From Tricharina praecox (taxonomy: Eukaryota), in NCBI RefSeq assembly GCF_024521635.1, contig NW_026250410.1:434001-498000 (forward strand): DNA of 64,000 nt, in the 5' to 3' direction. Below are positions 31,799 through 44,722 of the stretch, one piece after another (positions within the stretch are counted from its first letter, which is position 1; the number at the start of each line of letters is the position of its first letter). The position numbers were made by a program, and so were the translations under genes. Below the pieces are notes generated by a model. It had not been told where the DNA came from, made no database searches, and saw only the letters and a list, made by a program, of their open reading frames with translations.

Positions 31799-34700
31799 GG
31801 TGGATATGTTCGGTCCGAGACGCACTGGGTCCGGGAGGAAGGAAGGAAGGAACACCTGTAGGATCTATATGTCAGTAAAGCCACGACGAGAGCTTTTGAA
31901 GCCTGTTTCGACCATAGAATTGGCCTCGGTCGGGGGGGAAACTCACGTAAAGACAGCTCAGATGCCCGTTGGTTGCGAGGCACTTCTACTGGATGATCGA
32001 AAGACTGTGCTCGGTGGAGAGAGACCGGTATCGATCCAAGTCCACGATGGGGGAGAGTATCCGGCTGGTCTTATACTCACATTGGTTCACTCCAGTTCAG
32101 TCTCCTGAGATGGTGTTTACCTCCCATCATGACGCTGTGATTACAATCCGGCTTTCGGCACTGTTCAGTGGCAAGTGTTCACGAGTGACGATAGGAGGTA
32201 GGCACATCGCAAGGTAGCCCCGGGCCCCGGCGGCCCCACTCTGTGATATTGGATCTAAGATTTCCTCAGGAGTTTTCCCATAAGCTTATGGAGTTTCTGA
32301 TCGAAATTGTAGGAAGAAAGCGCCTAACAATTCCCCTGTAACGATGTAGTTAGAGGGCAGGGGCAGGTCGTACGGATCAGTGAGCCCCAAACAGGTAACT
32401 GACAACTGCTAACATCGTAGGAGTAGTTCTACGGTAGTACGAGCGGGACGCCTACTCTCGATTATATATCCACAATCGGGTATTATTCGTGCAGATCAGC
32501 GCGCCAGACGTTTATCCACTCCAGGAGTAGCCGTTTTGGCGGGAAAGCGGGGAAGGGGAAGCGAAAGCGAGCGAGCGAACGCGATGCGGGGTTCCAAAGC
32601 GTTTTCGGATATTGTTCCTCGACAACCACCGAGAGGATGTGGATCAGAAGCAAACGGAGAAACGGCACGTGCATCGCAACATCTCCGACATCGTGAGCAG
32701 TTTGTTTGTTTGCTGGTCGAATTCAGGGCTGTGCAGGTACCGACGGTCGTACAGCGTGCTTTAACTAATCCCCCTACATACCCGTTTCGCGACACCACAT
32801 GGCTCGCTTCTCCATCGGACACGTTGTATGCGATGCGCTGCGACCGCTGTCACGGTAGGTAGGTCGTACAATCTCCTCGTGAAAGAGGGCCAGGAACTAT
32901 GTAGAAAGGATCCGTGGTTCTGTGGTCCTGGATGGGATCATGGTCGGGCAGTGGAGAAGGTATCGGATAAATTGACTTGGTCGCATAGCCCTCATCTGAT
33001 CCTGGGGATATTGCACTGCCATCCATCCGTCGTTGTTTATGTCTCAGTCACAGGAACCAGGTTTACTATAGTTCTGTGCCTGGTCACCCCATCCTCGTCA
33101 TTGAGCGAGCCACAGCGCATCGCAATCCACCGCAGTCCGTTGGCGGGGTTCTTCCCGGCTCGATGGCAGGCCGTAGTGTAGTGGGGTATTTGTCGTCTCA
33201 GGTCGTATGTATGCTGGTAACTACTAGTAGAGTACATAGGATCCACCAAGGATTCTCGGAACCCCGATGCCCGCGAGTGATCGTTCGTGCATGGCTGTTG
33301 ATGAACCGGCATCGCCGAGAATTCATTTATGTTCCGACACTATTTATGCAGACTGTTGTACAGGGGGGTGGACTTTGAGGTACAGAATAACCACGTGGCT
33401 CACGCAGATGTGAAAGGTCTCGGGAAGAACTGCGACTTGCAGTGCGGGGAAACGGGCAGAATTGTGAGTGACCTACTATGAGTGGCTGTTGACTTATCAA
33501 AGGAAGTGCGCCTAATACGCCCAGCTGCATGGAGAGTACATAGCTACAGGATTATAATAGCTCGGCTCACTTGATCCCTCATGGTTCGATGGTCCGAGAG
33601 GGATTTTCTCAGTTGGGATAGCGAATAAGGCATAGGACCTCTCCCACTTCCCCGCAGTGCGGTGATGCAACACAGGTAACCATCCATGGTCGTAGCCTCG
33701 GGAACATATATCCCGTCCCTGTGCTCAGTCTTTGGATAACGTGTTGGGGTCTCCGCTATGGTTATTGAAAGTAAAAGTAGGAGAAAATGATGTCCACTCT
33801 TGAACTGCATGGGATGTCACTGTGTAAGCATCACGGTACCAATTTGTAAGCGTGTAGGCATTAAGATACCAGTGTGTAAGCATTTTGAACTCATAAAGTT
33901 CTGTATTATCTTTGGGGTGCCAGCAACCCACTGCACTTAGCTCTAGATAGTAGAACGTTGGTTATTTAGATACGATCCCTAAGTCTTGCTAGTCAGTAAT
34001 CAAGAGTGCTATAGTGATAAGCCTTTTACTCGGATGGTGGTCCTTGTAGAGACAAGGTTACAGAATGCTTCCACTCTGGAGGCCGATTAATCATTATATG
34101 CAGCCTCTTGGTCTCTCAGGCTTGTAGCATCATTGCAGCACGGCAGTCCTTATCCGATGCCGAATACTTGCTATGGCAGTCTGCCTTCTCATGTCGTTCC
34201 ACAGGTGTATTGGACGGGAAAAAGCCTAGGCTGAGTGACTGTCAAACGGATATTACGGCTTGTGCGCTCTGATGGCTAACTCATTGAAAATTCTTACCAG
34301 TTGGTAGCCCCGAAGAACCCTGGGCAAGGTTCCTGACTACCACATATGATGCAAGGAATATCTACTATATATCGACGAGTTCCACGGAACAATGGGACGC
34401 AATCTGGGCTTGTAACTAGGTGCTTAACTCTGCGACCTGGTTACGCCGAATTCTTTGCTTTCCGGATTTTGCTATACCCATTCACGGATGTACCATGTAG
34501 CATGAACCTACAGCTTTGTTCACAAAACCTCGATGCACCCATAATACTTTGTAAGACTTTCCTGTGGTGAGGCTTTGCAGACTCCAAGTTTTGGTAAACG
34601 GTAAAAACAGCTAAAATTCTTCATATTTGGAGCATCTGCCTTGCGCTATTGTACGAGCTCTTGACGGGCCGGGCTACAAGGTCATATTGGAACCCGAAAT

Positions 34701-35304
34701 AAGGTGCGTATTTGTGATGAGACCGTCTGCGAGGACCGTGGGGGTGGTGGTACAGAATAGAGTTAGTAATAGGTATTCTGCCTGGCTATTCTTCCCGACA
34801 GTGCGCAGCGCATATGAAGCTTGAAGCATCGAGCCGTGCCCCTCAATTTCAAACATACATGAGCTTAGGTGAGGCTTTCCGTAGAAACTATCCTCGCCGT
34901 CAATCTGGAGGCACGGTGCCTGACACGGTGCCTGGCTGGTTGCACCAGGGCCACAGGTCACGTGAACAGGTAGGATGAGGCTCTGTTGAGGTTCGAAAAT
35001 TCCGCCAACATGACTCTGGTTAGCTACGGAGCCCGAGTAGCTACACAGGTATGTATGAGCACTGAGCTATCTGGATAATCGTGATGCGTGATGGCTCACT
35101 AGCGAGCTTGTTGAAATCCGAAAGAGATGTGATTGCTTGTTACGATAAAACCGAGAGGAACCATACTTTACACAAGATGCGATCGATCGACATGCAATCT
35201 GACTTGAAAGGGTGTAGGATGAAGCGGATGACCGAATAAAAGCGACGCCGGCCAAAGCGAGAAATCTGCGACCAATCCCACCGCTGGCCCCCAATTAGAC
35301 AGCT

Positions 35305-36665
35305 ATGTTGCGAACCACGAGAGCCACAGCTCTATTGCCACTTCTCCGCAAAGAGCTTGTTTCTTCATTTCATCAGCCGCAACCATCTCGAGCAGACCCC
35401 CGCTTTTCCCGCATCCAATCTGCCTCAATCTCAACCTCCAGTTCTGCCTCAAACCCTGATCTGATCTCCCACCATTTCTCGGCACCAACAAGACGCAATA
35501 TGGCAGCGCCGGGACATCATGGAAGAAACAACGATTCCCGGAGTGCGAGGTCCGGAGGAAAAAGCAGCAGCCTAAGTCTGGATGGGCACCGCGTCGACAG
35601 GCCGGACGTGAAAGCGGCTTATATCGATACCCACTGCCATCTGTTCACTACTCTGGAGATGATGCGGGAGGTATGTTGGCACTCGTCGGGTCCCGGTGTA
35701 AACTCCGCTCTTACTGACAGCTGGGTTTCCCGATAGAAACTCCGCGATGAGTCCATCCCCAAGGACCGTATCGATCTGTTCGCTAAGCAGCTATTCCCAG
35801 AGAATGTGAAGGCCGTAGTGGACATACACTGTGATGTACCACTGGACAACTACGTCGAGCAAGCGATGGCCTTCACCGAATGGCCCGAGAACTTCAAATA
35901 CTAGTGCGCTACATCACTCCCTCTGCACGACAACGACTAGTCGCGGGCCGTGCTAACGTCGTCGTCCTCCGCAGCTTTGCAGCCGGTGCGCATCCCCACG
36001 TCGCGATGGCCTACACCGACGAGATCCACGAGAGCCTCGTCACTACGATGTCCAACCCGCGGTGTGTCGCTTGGGGCGAATGCGGCCTCGACTTCTTCAA
36101 GAACGCGCCGGACACGCATCAAACGCAGAAGGAGGTCTTTGCGCGCCAGATCGAGACAGCGATAAGCCTCAACAAGCCGCTGGTGGTCCACACCCGCGAC
36201 GCGGATGAAGCGACGAAGGAAGTGCTGGATAAGCACATGGCGCGGGATCACCCCTTCCACGTGCACTGCTTCACGTCCTCCACTGAGTTTGGCCGGTGGG
36301 TGCTCGAGACGTTCCCGAACTCGTACATCGGAATCACGGGAGTGGCGACGTATCAACTGCCGCACGTGCAGGATTTTATCAGGAGCGGCGACCTCCCACT
36401 AGGTCGGATGCTGATGGAGACGGACTCGCCGTTCATGACGCCAAGGAATATCCACAGTTGGTTAAAGAAGACCCGGTCGAAGGAGGAAGGAAAGAAGAGG
36501 TTCGCGTTTTCTCACAGCGGCATGATTCCCTTCACCGCCGAGTTGGTGGCCGAGTGGATCAACGAGGGAAGGCAGACCCGCGGAGAGGAGGCGAGGACAG
36601 ATGTCGAGGAGGTATTGGAGATGACGCGGAAGAACGCGGAAAAGATTTACAGTATCGAGATATGA
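35305..36665 (+). CDS. TatD-family metal-dependent DNase; 3 exons; alternative ATG at 35500
   Basis: Exons 35305-35670, 35737-35903, 35975-36665. Motifs YIDTHCHL, GAHPH, WGECGLDF, PLVVHTRDA, HVHCFT, METDSPFM, NAEKIY. Confidence 0.92.
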
Positions 36666-37466
36666 TTCGATCTCGGATTGAGGTGGGGAGTGAGGCATGA
36701 ATCTATTGTTAGTTCGCGGCTCCACACATTGATGATTGCACACAAGGCGTTCACCAATTCATGATGGGAACACGCAAACAAACAGCTTGCAAAAACACAA
36801 TACCTCATTCGTGACCCTAACCTCTTACGGTGGCACCCCCAGTCCCCATCGTTCCACCCACGCCTGGGGGGCGGAGAGCAATGGGGAACCCACGTCGAGT
36901 CAGCGGTCAGCGGTCAGCGGTGAGCGGTCAGCGATCGGGACAGTGTGGTGAAAACGGTCATGTAATTGCCATGATCTAATAGGTAGTTGAGACCGAATTC
37001 AATGATGATCAAGCCGAAAAACAGCTCCATTCCACCCCTGCAGCTTGGTGTCACCACGGCGGCCTCTGATCTGCCTGCCGCCCCACACCGTCCGACCCCG
37101 CCACATACCGTCCGACCCCGCCATTTCGGGCGCCGGTAGCGGATGTGTTTAGAAAGCGCAGCCGTGATCAACAACACCACTATCTTGCTAGTCAGAGGGC
37201 TAGTCCCTAAAATCGGATTGAAAATCGTGTGATGCGGCGCGGCCGTGGTAAATGGCGTGTTCCTGTCGATCAGCCCAGTTATCATACGCGAGACGACGCT
37301 GCAGGAAAAACAGCCCACATCAACATCAGTAGATTCCAAATATTCGCGCCCATAAAAGAAAACATTTCCAAATACGCCCTCATCCATAATCATGAAGGCC
37401 TACATCGGACTCCTCCCTCTGGCAATACAAACCTTTTTCTCCAGCAATATAACCACATCAACAAGA

Positions 37467-38314
37467 ATGACCATCCAACACCCCCCCAACCCCGCCTGGA
37501 AGGCCCCCTTCGCCGCCGCCATCTCCTCCCAGCCCGTAACCTTCTTCCAACTCGCGACCGTTTCGGAATCGCTCGTGCCGCGGTGCCGCACACTAACCTA
37601 CGCCGGCTTCTTCGGCGAGACGCCCTACGCGGGCGCCAGCGGCATCCCGGCCAGCGAGCAAAACCCGTCCGGCGCCGAATCCGACGTACTCCTGGTCGCC
37701 TCCGACGCCCGGTCCTCGAAGTTCGCACAGCTGCAAGTATCGTCGTCCGTCGAGGCGGTGTTCTTCATCGCGGCACAGTGGACACAGTTCCGAGTGCGCG
37801 GGTCCGCATACCCGATCAGCTTCGGCGCACGATGCGGAGAGCTCGAGCGCCGGGGCCGCGAGCATGTCGAGGCGCATATGGCCCGTCCCGACGGATGGGA
37901 CTGGGACAAAGAGATCCGAAAGGTGTGGGAACGCCAGGATGAGAAGATGATGAAGTCAAAGTTCCCCGCGACGGTGAGTCCGGTTGCATTCGTGAACGAG
38001 GGAAAAAATAGACTGTGGCTGATTATGTGTGTGCGTGTGTGTGGCGTCAATAGACCGATGAGACCCCCGTGCCAGACGACTTCCGCCTGCTGGTAATCGT
38101 GCCGGACGAGATACTGCACTTGCCGCCTGGAGGCGGCCCGGCGACCACGTGGACGGCCGAAGCGAAGAATGGAACCGCCGAGTGGGTACGTACAATACAT
38201 GCCCCGACGGTGCGCCAGCTGAGGGCGTCGAAGCTCTGATAGATTATAATACCGCGGGCCGGGTGCTGACCATGCGGCGGAGTGTAGATTAAGGGCGAGG
38301 CAGCTGAACACTAA
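37467..38314 (+). CDS. Pyridoxamine 5'-phosphate oxidase-like FMN-binding protein (YGR017W/Alr4036-like); upstream in-frame ATG at 37392
   Basis: PAWKAPF, FQLATV, PRCRTL.Y.GF, SDARSSK, VEAVFF....TQFRVRG, DFRLLVIVP. Introns 37974-38053 (GTGAGT..TAG) and probably 38186-38287 (GTACGT..CTGAC..TAG). Confidence 0.85.
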
Positions 38315-40851
38315 CTAACTAAGGCACTCACTCGGCGATTGGTGTCGATTGGTGTCGTCTCTCATCTCTCATCTCTCATCTCTGTCGTTCTATTGTTTTT
38401 GCACTTATGGGTTTCTTTTTCTTTTTTTCGAACGGATCACAAGCTGTTTTTTTTCTCTCTTCTCATGTCATTCGGATGTATGTATATACGAGTTTATGTA
38501 GAACGTTTATGCCGCTCTATGAATCCAAGACCGAAGTACATACTTTCCTCCTAACGACCGTTGGGGAGAGAGACGTAGAAACAAAGAGCCGGTTCAAATC
38601 CACGTGACTGTACTTTTTGTCACAGCGGATCTGAGCGATAGAGAGAGAGATAGAGAAGTAGTTGCTTAGATACAGAAGAGAATGAACGGGCAACAGAGAG
38701 AGTATATAAAGAGATACAGAGAAAGGAAAACTAAATTCCGTCATTTCTGCCATTTTCATCTTCCAAGGTCATGCCATGATATCTCTCCTCATGATATCAC
38801 AGCTGATCATTAATTATCGAGTCGGTCATTGAGTCGATCACACGCCGATCACTCGCCCGCCTTGATGCTCGAGGACATTCAACAGGATTCTTTCACCGAC
38901 AGTACTGAGTACTCCGACGCATCAAGAAGCACAAGAAGTCCCAGGCCAACCCAAGTACTATGCATAGGTAGGTAGAACTACAGCGGTGTACGATTTACGT
39001 AGTGTGGGCACTGTCTGATACTTCTCAGTTCTGCAGGGACTCCGCAGCTCCACTGTATTCAGCTCAATCGGTATGGTTTCCTCTCCAGTATTTATTCCGT
39101 AGGCCTATAGAATTTCCTGCACTGTACGAATGTCGTAAATTTTTGCTTGCGTACAACATGTTTTACTCACAGTACGTATTTTTGAAACTAGAAGGTTTCT
39201 TCGGTATGCATACCGGATTCAGTGACTGCAGCATTCCGCTCAGCACGGCATTTCTTCCGTAGGACTCTTGTCGTCATCATTTTACTACAGTCTAGGAACT
39301 ACTTGATTAGCATGGCACCGTTTTCTCTGCACTACGTTGTTGTACGGATAAGGTAGTTCTCTGGTAGTTCTCTGTTATTCTGGGCAGTGCGTAACATTTT
39401 GCATTCGGAAGAACCGCGGTAGGTCTTCAGGCTTCTTAGTAAGCGTATATTTACAACACTGCGTACGATTCTTTTCGATACTGTAGAATTGGAACTAGGA
39501 AAAAACAAATACTGAATTAAATCTGTATTCTCCTGAGACTTTTGGATTCAAATCGCGCGGTACTACCACTGGAGACCTTCGGCATCAATCGCACCCCATT
39601 TTTGCTACTGCAGTACCGTTACTCATGGCAGCTCACCCGGCAAGCATGATGCATCCCCCCAACTTCCAAGTTCCAAATTCGCACGGGTGACGGTGGACGG
39701 TGGAAGGAACCGTACCCCCTTCCCCGAGCCCAGCCGAGTGGTCCGGGCACCACCATATACCACATCGTACCAGCTATACCAACCCCCACCCCCAATCCGA
39801 GCTCCGGAATTCTCCCAGCGACTGCCGCTTCTATCTCTGCACCTCTCCATCTGGCAGCTACTAGATGGCAGACAGCAGATTGCAGACCAGCGTCATATCG
39901 CATTAAGTACCAGTAAGTACCAGTATGTATGCACCAATACCTCGCCTTCCCTCGCGAGTCGCGACCCCCCTCCCGTCCTCCGGTGGCCGTGTCAGACCGT
40001 TGTTTGTTTCGGAACCACCAGCCGTGACCGGAACGCTGGGTTCGACCAGCCGGCAGCGCGCGCCTGCTGGGGGAAGTGGAAGGGGTGGGATCGAGTTCAC
40101 CCGCGTAGACTTTATGCACCCCATATTTATTACACCCGGCCGGGGGGGGATGGGGGGGGGATGGGGAACTTAGCCGGCCGGACGGTAGGAGGGACGGGTT
40201 ACGGAACCGTCGGGAATGCATGGGGTACATGGCAGAATCCTCCGATGCACGAATGACAGCACGTAGGTATGTATGTAGGTAGGAGGTAGGTAGGAGTGTA
40301 GGTAGGAATGTTTACAGGCTGCGCCGGGGATCCGGGGGATGCGCTGGGGCGGCGGGAAGGAGGCTTTCCTCCCGTGTCGAGGTCAAGTGATCGAGCGAGA
40401 GCGAGGCTGTACATACATACATACATATTTACACACGTAGGAGCAAGCGCCCCATCCCCCGGACCAGTGACGATCTGGCTCGCACTGGGGATCTCGCGAG
40501 TCGCTTTACGTGGTACTCTATAGTCGGGGGAGGGGGGGGGGACTATAGGGTAGGGTGGTCGGGCAGCGTTAGTCAGGAACACTATACTATATGCCTAACG
40601 CCCCGGGAACGCGGGCCTACTGTCGCTAAAATTCGGTGGCCCAGACGTCACCGGTTCCTTACAATTTCTTCTGCTCTCTGCTCGGTGGTGGCGGTTAATC
40701 TACTGGAGGGAAATACCTACGGACGATTGATGAAAATTCCGAGAACCGTGCCCCCGCCGCGCCAAACACCCATGGGTGGGCAGTTGTGGGCGGTAAGTAT
40801 ATGGACAGACGGTCATGCAGAGAGGAGAGGAGGAGGAGGAGGAGGAGGGGG

Positions 40852-40860
40852 ATATATAAT
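40852..40860 (+). promoter_or_regulatory. Probable TATA box of the AA9 gene
   Basis: ATATATAAT about 170 nt upstream of the ATG, followed by a CT/CA-rich leader. Confidence 0.5.
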
Positions 40861-41022
40861 GGTCGCTATGCTCTCCCCCGAATTCCACCTCAACCGCATC
40901 GCTCACTCCTTCAGCAGCAGCAAAGCACAGCAGCAGTCCAGTCCAAACAAGTCCAGTCTGCCCAGCCATTTCACTCCTTGGAACGTCCCAACCGTAACCG
41001 CAACGTCAACCGCAAAAAAAAC

Positions 41023-42164
41023 ATGAAGCTCAACTTCCTCACAGTGGTGGCCATGGCCACTTCGGCCACCGCACACTCCACATGGCAGCAGCTGTGGGTG
41101 AACGGCGTGGACCAGGCCGGAACATGTGTGCGAACGCCTCTGAGCAACAGCCCCGTCGGCACCTTGGACGCCAGTGTCCGCTGTGGTACCGGCTCGGCAG
41201 TGGCGGCTACCTGCTCGGTTCCTGGTACGCAGTCCCCCGCTTCGTCTCCGTCATCACGGCGTGCTGATGTCGATGTTGTATTCGCATAGCTGGAGGAACC
41301 GTTACCATCGAGATGCACGCCCAGCCGAATGACCGTTCGTGCACGAACGACGCCATCGGAGGAAACCACGGTCAGTTGCCACAACATCCCTCCCCCCTCC
41401 CGTAAGACTCCCGAAACTGACATCGCACACCAGACGGACCCGTCATCGCGTACCTTTCCAAGGTCGGCGACGCCACCACGGACCCGGGAACTTCCTGGTT
41501 CAAGATCCACCAGACCGGCCTCGTGAGCGCCGACTACTGGGGAACCGATGTAATCAACGCCAACTGCGGCAAGCAAGGTTCGTTCACTGGGTTTCCCGAG
41601 TTCGTCCAAAGTCCATCACACTGACCAGCCGGCGCAGACGTCCTTATCCCCGCCGACATCGCTCCGGGCGACTACCTTCTCCGCGCGGAAGTGATCGCGC
41701 TCCACGTAGCCGGCAGCTCCGGCGGCGCGCAGCACTACGTCTCTTGCATGCAGCTCAAGGTGACGGGTGGAGGAAGCGCCAACCCCTCTGGCGTCGCGTT
41801 CCCAGGTGGCTACAGTGTAAGTCCCCACCACTACTACCACCACTTCAAACCGAACGGAAACTGATGGCAACAGCTCACCGACCCCGGTATCCTCTTCAAC
41901 CTTTACGGCTCCTACACCACGTACACCGTCCCAGGACCGGCCGTGTACACCGGCGGTGCCAGCAGTGGTAGTGGCACCACCGTTGCCGCCGGTACGACGA
42001 CAAGGGCATCCAGCACCACAGCGGCTGCGGCCACCTCCGCTGCGGCCGGCGGAACGCTGGCGAAGTACGCGCAGTGCGGTGGAAACGGGTGGACTGGCAC
42101 CGGTACGTGCGTTACCGGAAGCACCTGCACCGTAACGAACGAGTACTACTCGCAGTGCTTGTAG
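41023..42164 (+). CDS. AA9 lytic polysaccharide monooxygenase with linker and C-terminal CBM1; 5 exons
   Basis: Exons 41023-41224, 41290-41370, 41434-41577, 41638-41816, 41874-42164. Signal peptide then His1 ([11 protein letters not shown]), second His in [37 protein letters not shown] (axial Tyr), DPGI, YTVPGP; CBM1 [32 protein letters not shown]. Confidence 0.96.
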
Positions 42165-43137
42165 AGCGCTGCGGGACGATGGGGGAAGGTTGGAGGGGCG
42201 GTCGGACGCTCTGTTGTAAAGTAAAGAAACGAGGAGAGAGGAGCTTGCTTGCTTGCTTGAGCCATCGTGTGCATTCCCATGTCCGTGATGCCCCCTGTTC
42301 GGTTTTCAAACCTGGCCATACTCTGCTGCGGCCGGCTGGTTCCAACTTCCCGCCAACGAGTTCGATCAAAACATCCGAGTGACTGTAAATGCACCACCGC
42401 CCCGATAGTCGGTCGAACGCCGCCATCTCGGAGGTGTTCCCGCTACCCGTTTCCGGCGGGTCATCCGTACGTAGTGGCCACATGCATTGTCGAGGAGACG
42501 AGACGGGCCCATCCCACGGGCCACAGAGCATCTCGAGGCCGCGCGACTGTGCAGGCGGGCGGGCGCCAGGCGGTGAAGTATGTACGGTATGTAGGTCCGA
42601 GGTTCGTTTTGCGTTGGAGACGACTTGACGGATGGTAGCTCGTTATAGCCAGAAAGATCGACGAATGTTTATATTAGCTTCCGAGCTTCCGAGCTTCCGA
42701 GCCATCCACTTTTTGCTGATGTGTAGTAGTGTACAGGTAGTAGCAGTTGAGGCGTGGCGGCGGGGAACGATGGTTAGTAGGTAGGAACATTCATACGCCG
42801 AATGGCGGCGATCCGGACCGTGCCGTTCAGTTGAGTTCCTGTCCCTGGGGGAAGGGGGGTTAACGGTCTAAACATTGATCCCCCCTCCCCCGCATCGTCG
42901 TCGTCCTTGGATCGTGGGGAAAAGCTGCTCAGAATTGAAAGCTCGTTCGCTTGCGTGTGTGCGTGCGGGGTGGAGTAGCTTCCCCTCCTCCCCCTCCCCC
43001 GCCTTCCCAGCAGTTCTCTAAGCGTTCTAGAGTTTCCTCATCGCCTTCACGATCGGCGATCGAACGATCCAGCCAGTAACTTATAACTGGCTGCCAATTA
43101 TTATCAAGCATGCGCGTTAGGTAGTTACACTGTACCA

Positions 43138-43238
43138 CTCTACTACTACTAACTACTACTACTACTAATAACTACTACTACTACTAATAACTACTACTAC
43201 TACTACTAATAACTACTACTACTACTACTACTACTACT
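43138..43238. repeat. (ACT)n microsatellite with periodic AATA interruptions
   Basis: Seen directly. Confidence 0.9.
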
Positions 43239-44308
43239 GAGTTTTGGCCCATCCCTATATGCATCCCCATCTACCGTACCTATCCCATCCCATCCTATTC
43301 CATTCCGATTCTCTCCGCCCTGGCATGATGCCAATCGCGAAGGATCCGAACGGGATAGGCTGTGTACAGCACACCCACCCACGCACCCACCCATCAGATC
43401 GTGTCCCACCCCGTCCCACCCCACCCTACGTACAGTACAGCGGGAGAGGGGAGCACGATTCGATTCGATTCGCAGCAAACCTGGAATCGGCGGTCCCATT
43501 CCATCCCACCTCTCGGACACGCGAAGGATAGGCTTGCCCGCCTGCATACATTGTCCCTGCCTTTTATCCTCACGGTAGTTAATGCGGTGGGTATGTGAGA
43601 CCGTGTGACCGAGTGACAGCCGTGATTCGCAGGCAGGGACGGACGGACGGACGCAACCCAAAACAACCAAACCCAACCCAACCCAATGCGGCTTACCTAA
43701 TGCAACGACGCGGGCTTACCTAACCCACATACATGATACATACAACGTGAGATGGAAACCGGATAAGCAGGCGGGCAGGCAGGACGAGGAGGAAGAGGAG
43801 AGGATGAGAAGGGGGAGGAGGTACATAGGAGGAGGAGGGGAACACCCGGTATCGAAGCGTATCCCACCGGCCGCCGTATACATACCGGAAAGCTCCATCA
43901 GTAGATACACATCATCGGCGATTCCTGCCGCAGTTCGAACTTCCGGCAATCCCAAAACGAGGCAATCCGAAGTCGACGATGCTCTCTCTTGTCTAACTAT
44001 AGTACTACCTAGTATAGCATGCCCGGACAGGATTCCCACGTCACGTATCCTATCAGCGTCGAGCCGAGCTGAGCCGTGGTCTCCACGTGCAGATGAGTAC
44101 ATAGCGAGATTTTTTCTTCTTTTTTCTTTCTATTCCTCCCTCGCCCATTGCCGTGTCCGGGCCCGTGTTGAGGAAAGAAGCAAACAAACAATAAACAGCC
44201 TTCGATGCTTTTTTTTTTGCCGTGATGCCGTGCTGCCGCTGTACCTAGAGTACATACAAAGGTACATGATAACTACAGCTGCGTATGTAAGGGCTTTCTG
44301 AGTACTTA

Positions 44309-44611
44309 GGGCCCGTTCAGGGCCAGCCGAATTTTAAATCTACCGCACAAAATTGAGATGCAGTTAGTTTGAAACCCTCAGTTTTCCTGGCGATGGGTGA
44401 CCGTTTAACACACAACCCCAAGTTAACAATTTGAGAAACTGCATATTGTCAGCTGCGCCACGATAAAGATAAAAAGTGTGGCGTGCTGTTGAAAATCTGG
44501 GTTGCCGAAAGGGTCATCAGGGGCGACGAGAGTTTGAAGTTGCAGCTTTGGTAACCTTCAACTCGTCAGGAACCCCAGTTTTAAAAATGCAACTGGCACC
44601 TGAACAGGCCC
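44309..44611. mobile_element. PIF/Harbinger (Tourist-like) MITE, 303 bp
   Basis: Left GGGCCCGTTCAGG-GCCAGCCG-AATTTTAAA versus reverse complement of the right end GGGCCTGTTCAGGTGCCAGTTGCATTTTTAAA. Flanks TTA / TGA (3-bp TSD, one mismatch). AT-richer non-coding interior. Confidence 0.75.
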
Positions 44612-44655
44612 TGAGTCCCAACGTCCCAGCAAAAGCAAGCAAGTAAGAAATAAAG

Positions 44656-44656
44656 C

Positions 44657-44721
<65 letters not shown>
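44656..44721. repeat. (AGAA)n tetranucleotide microsatellite
   Basis: Seen directly, ~16 units. Confidence 0.95.

Positions 44722-44722
<1 letters not shown>

Noticed and set aside
34015..34040. GCCTTTTAC resembling U5 snRNA loop 1
   Set aside because: Flanking bases do not form the required stem and no Sm-site context is evident.
33500..35000. Short protein-like ORFs between the GH5 and TatD genes
   Set aside because: No recognisable motif or consistent exon chain; may be a decayed relic but cannot be supported.
38975..39620. AT-richer block with possible TA-flanked ends (MITE?)
   Set aside because: Terminal inverted repeats could not be aligned convincingly.
18395..42164. Idea that Msb2, GH5 and AA9 form a cell-wall/plant-interaction gene cluster
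   Set aside because: The genes are separated by many kb and by unrelated housekeeping genes, and I saw no shared regulatory motif.
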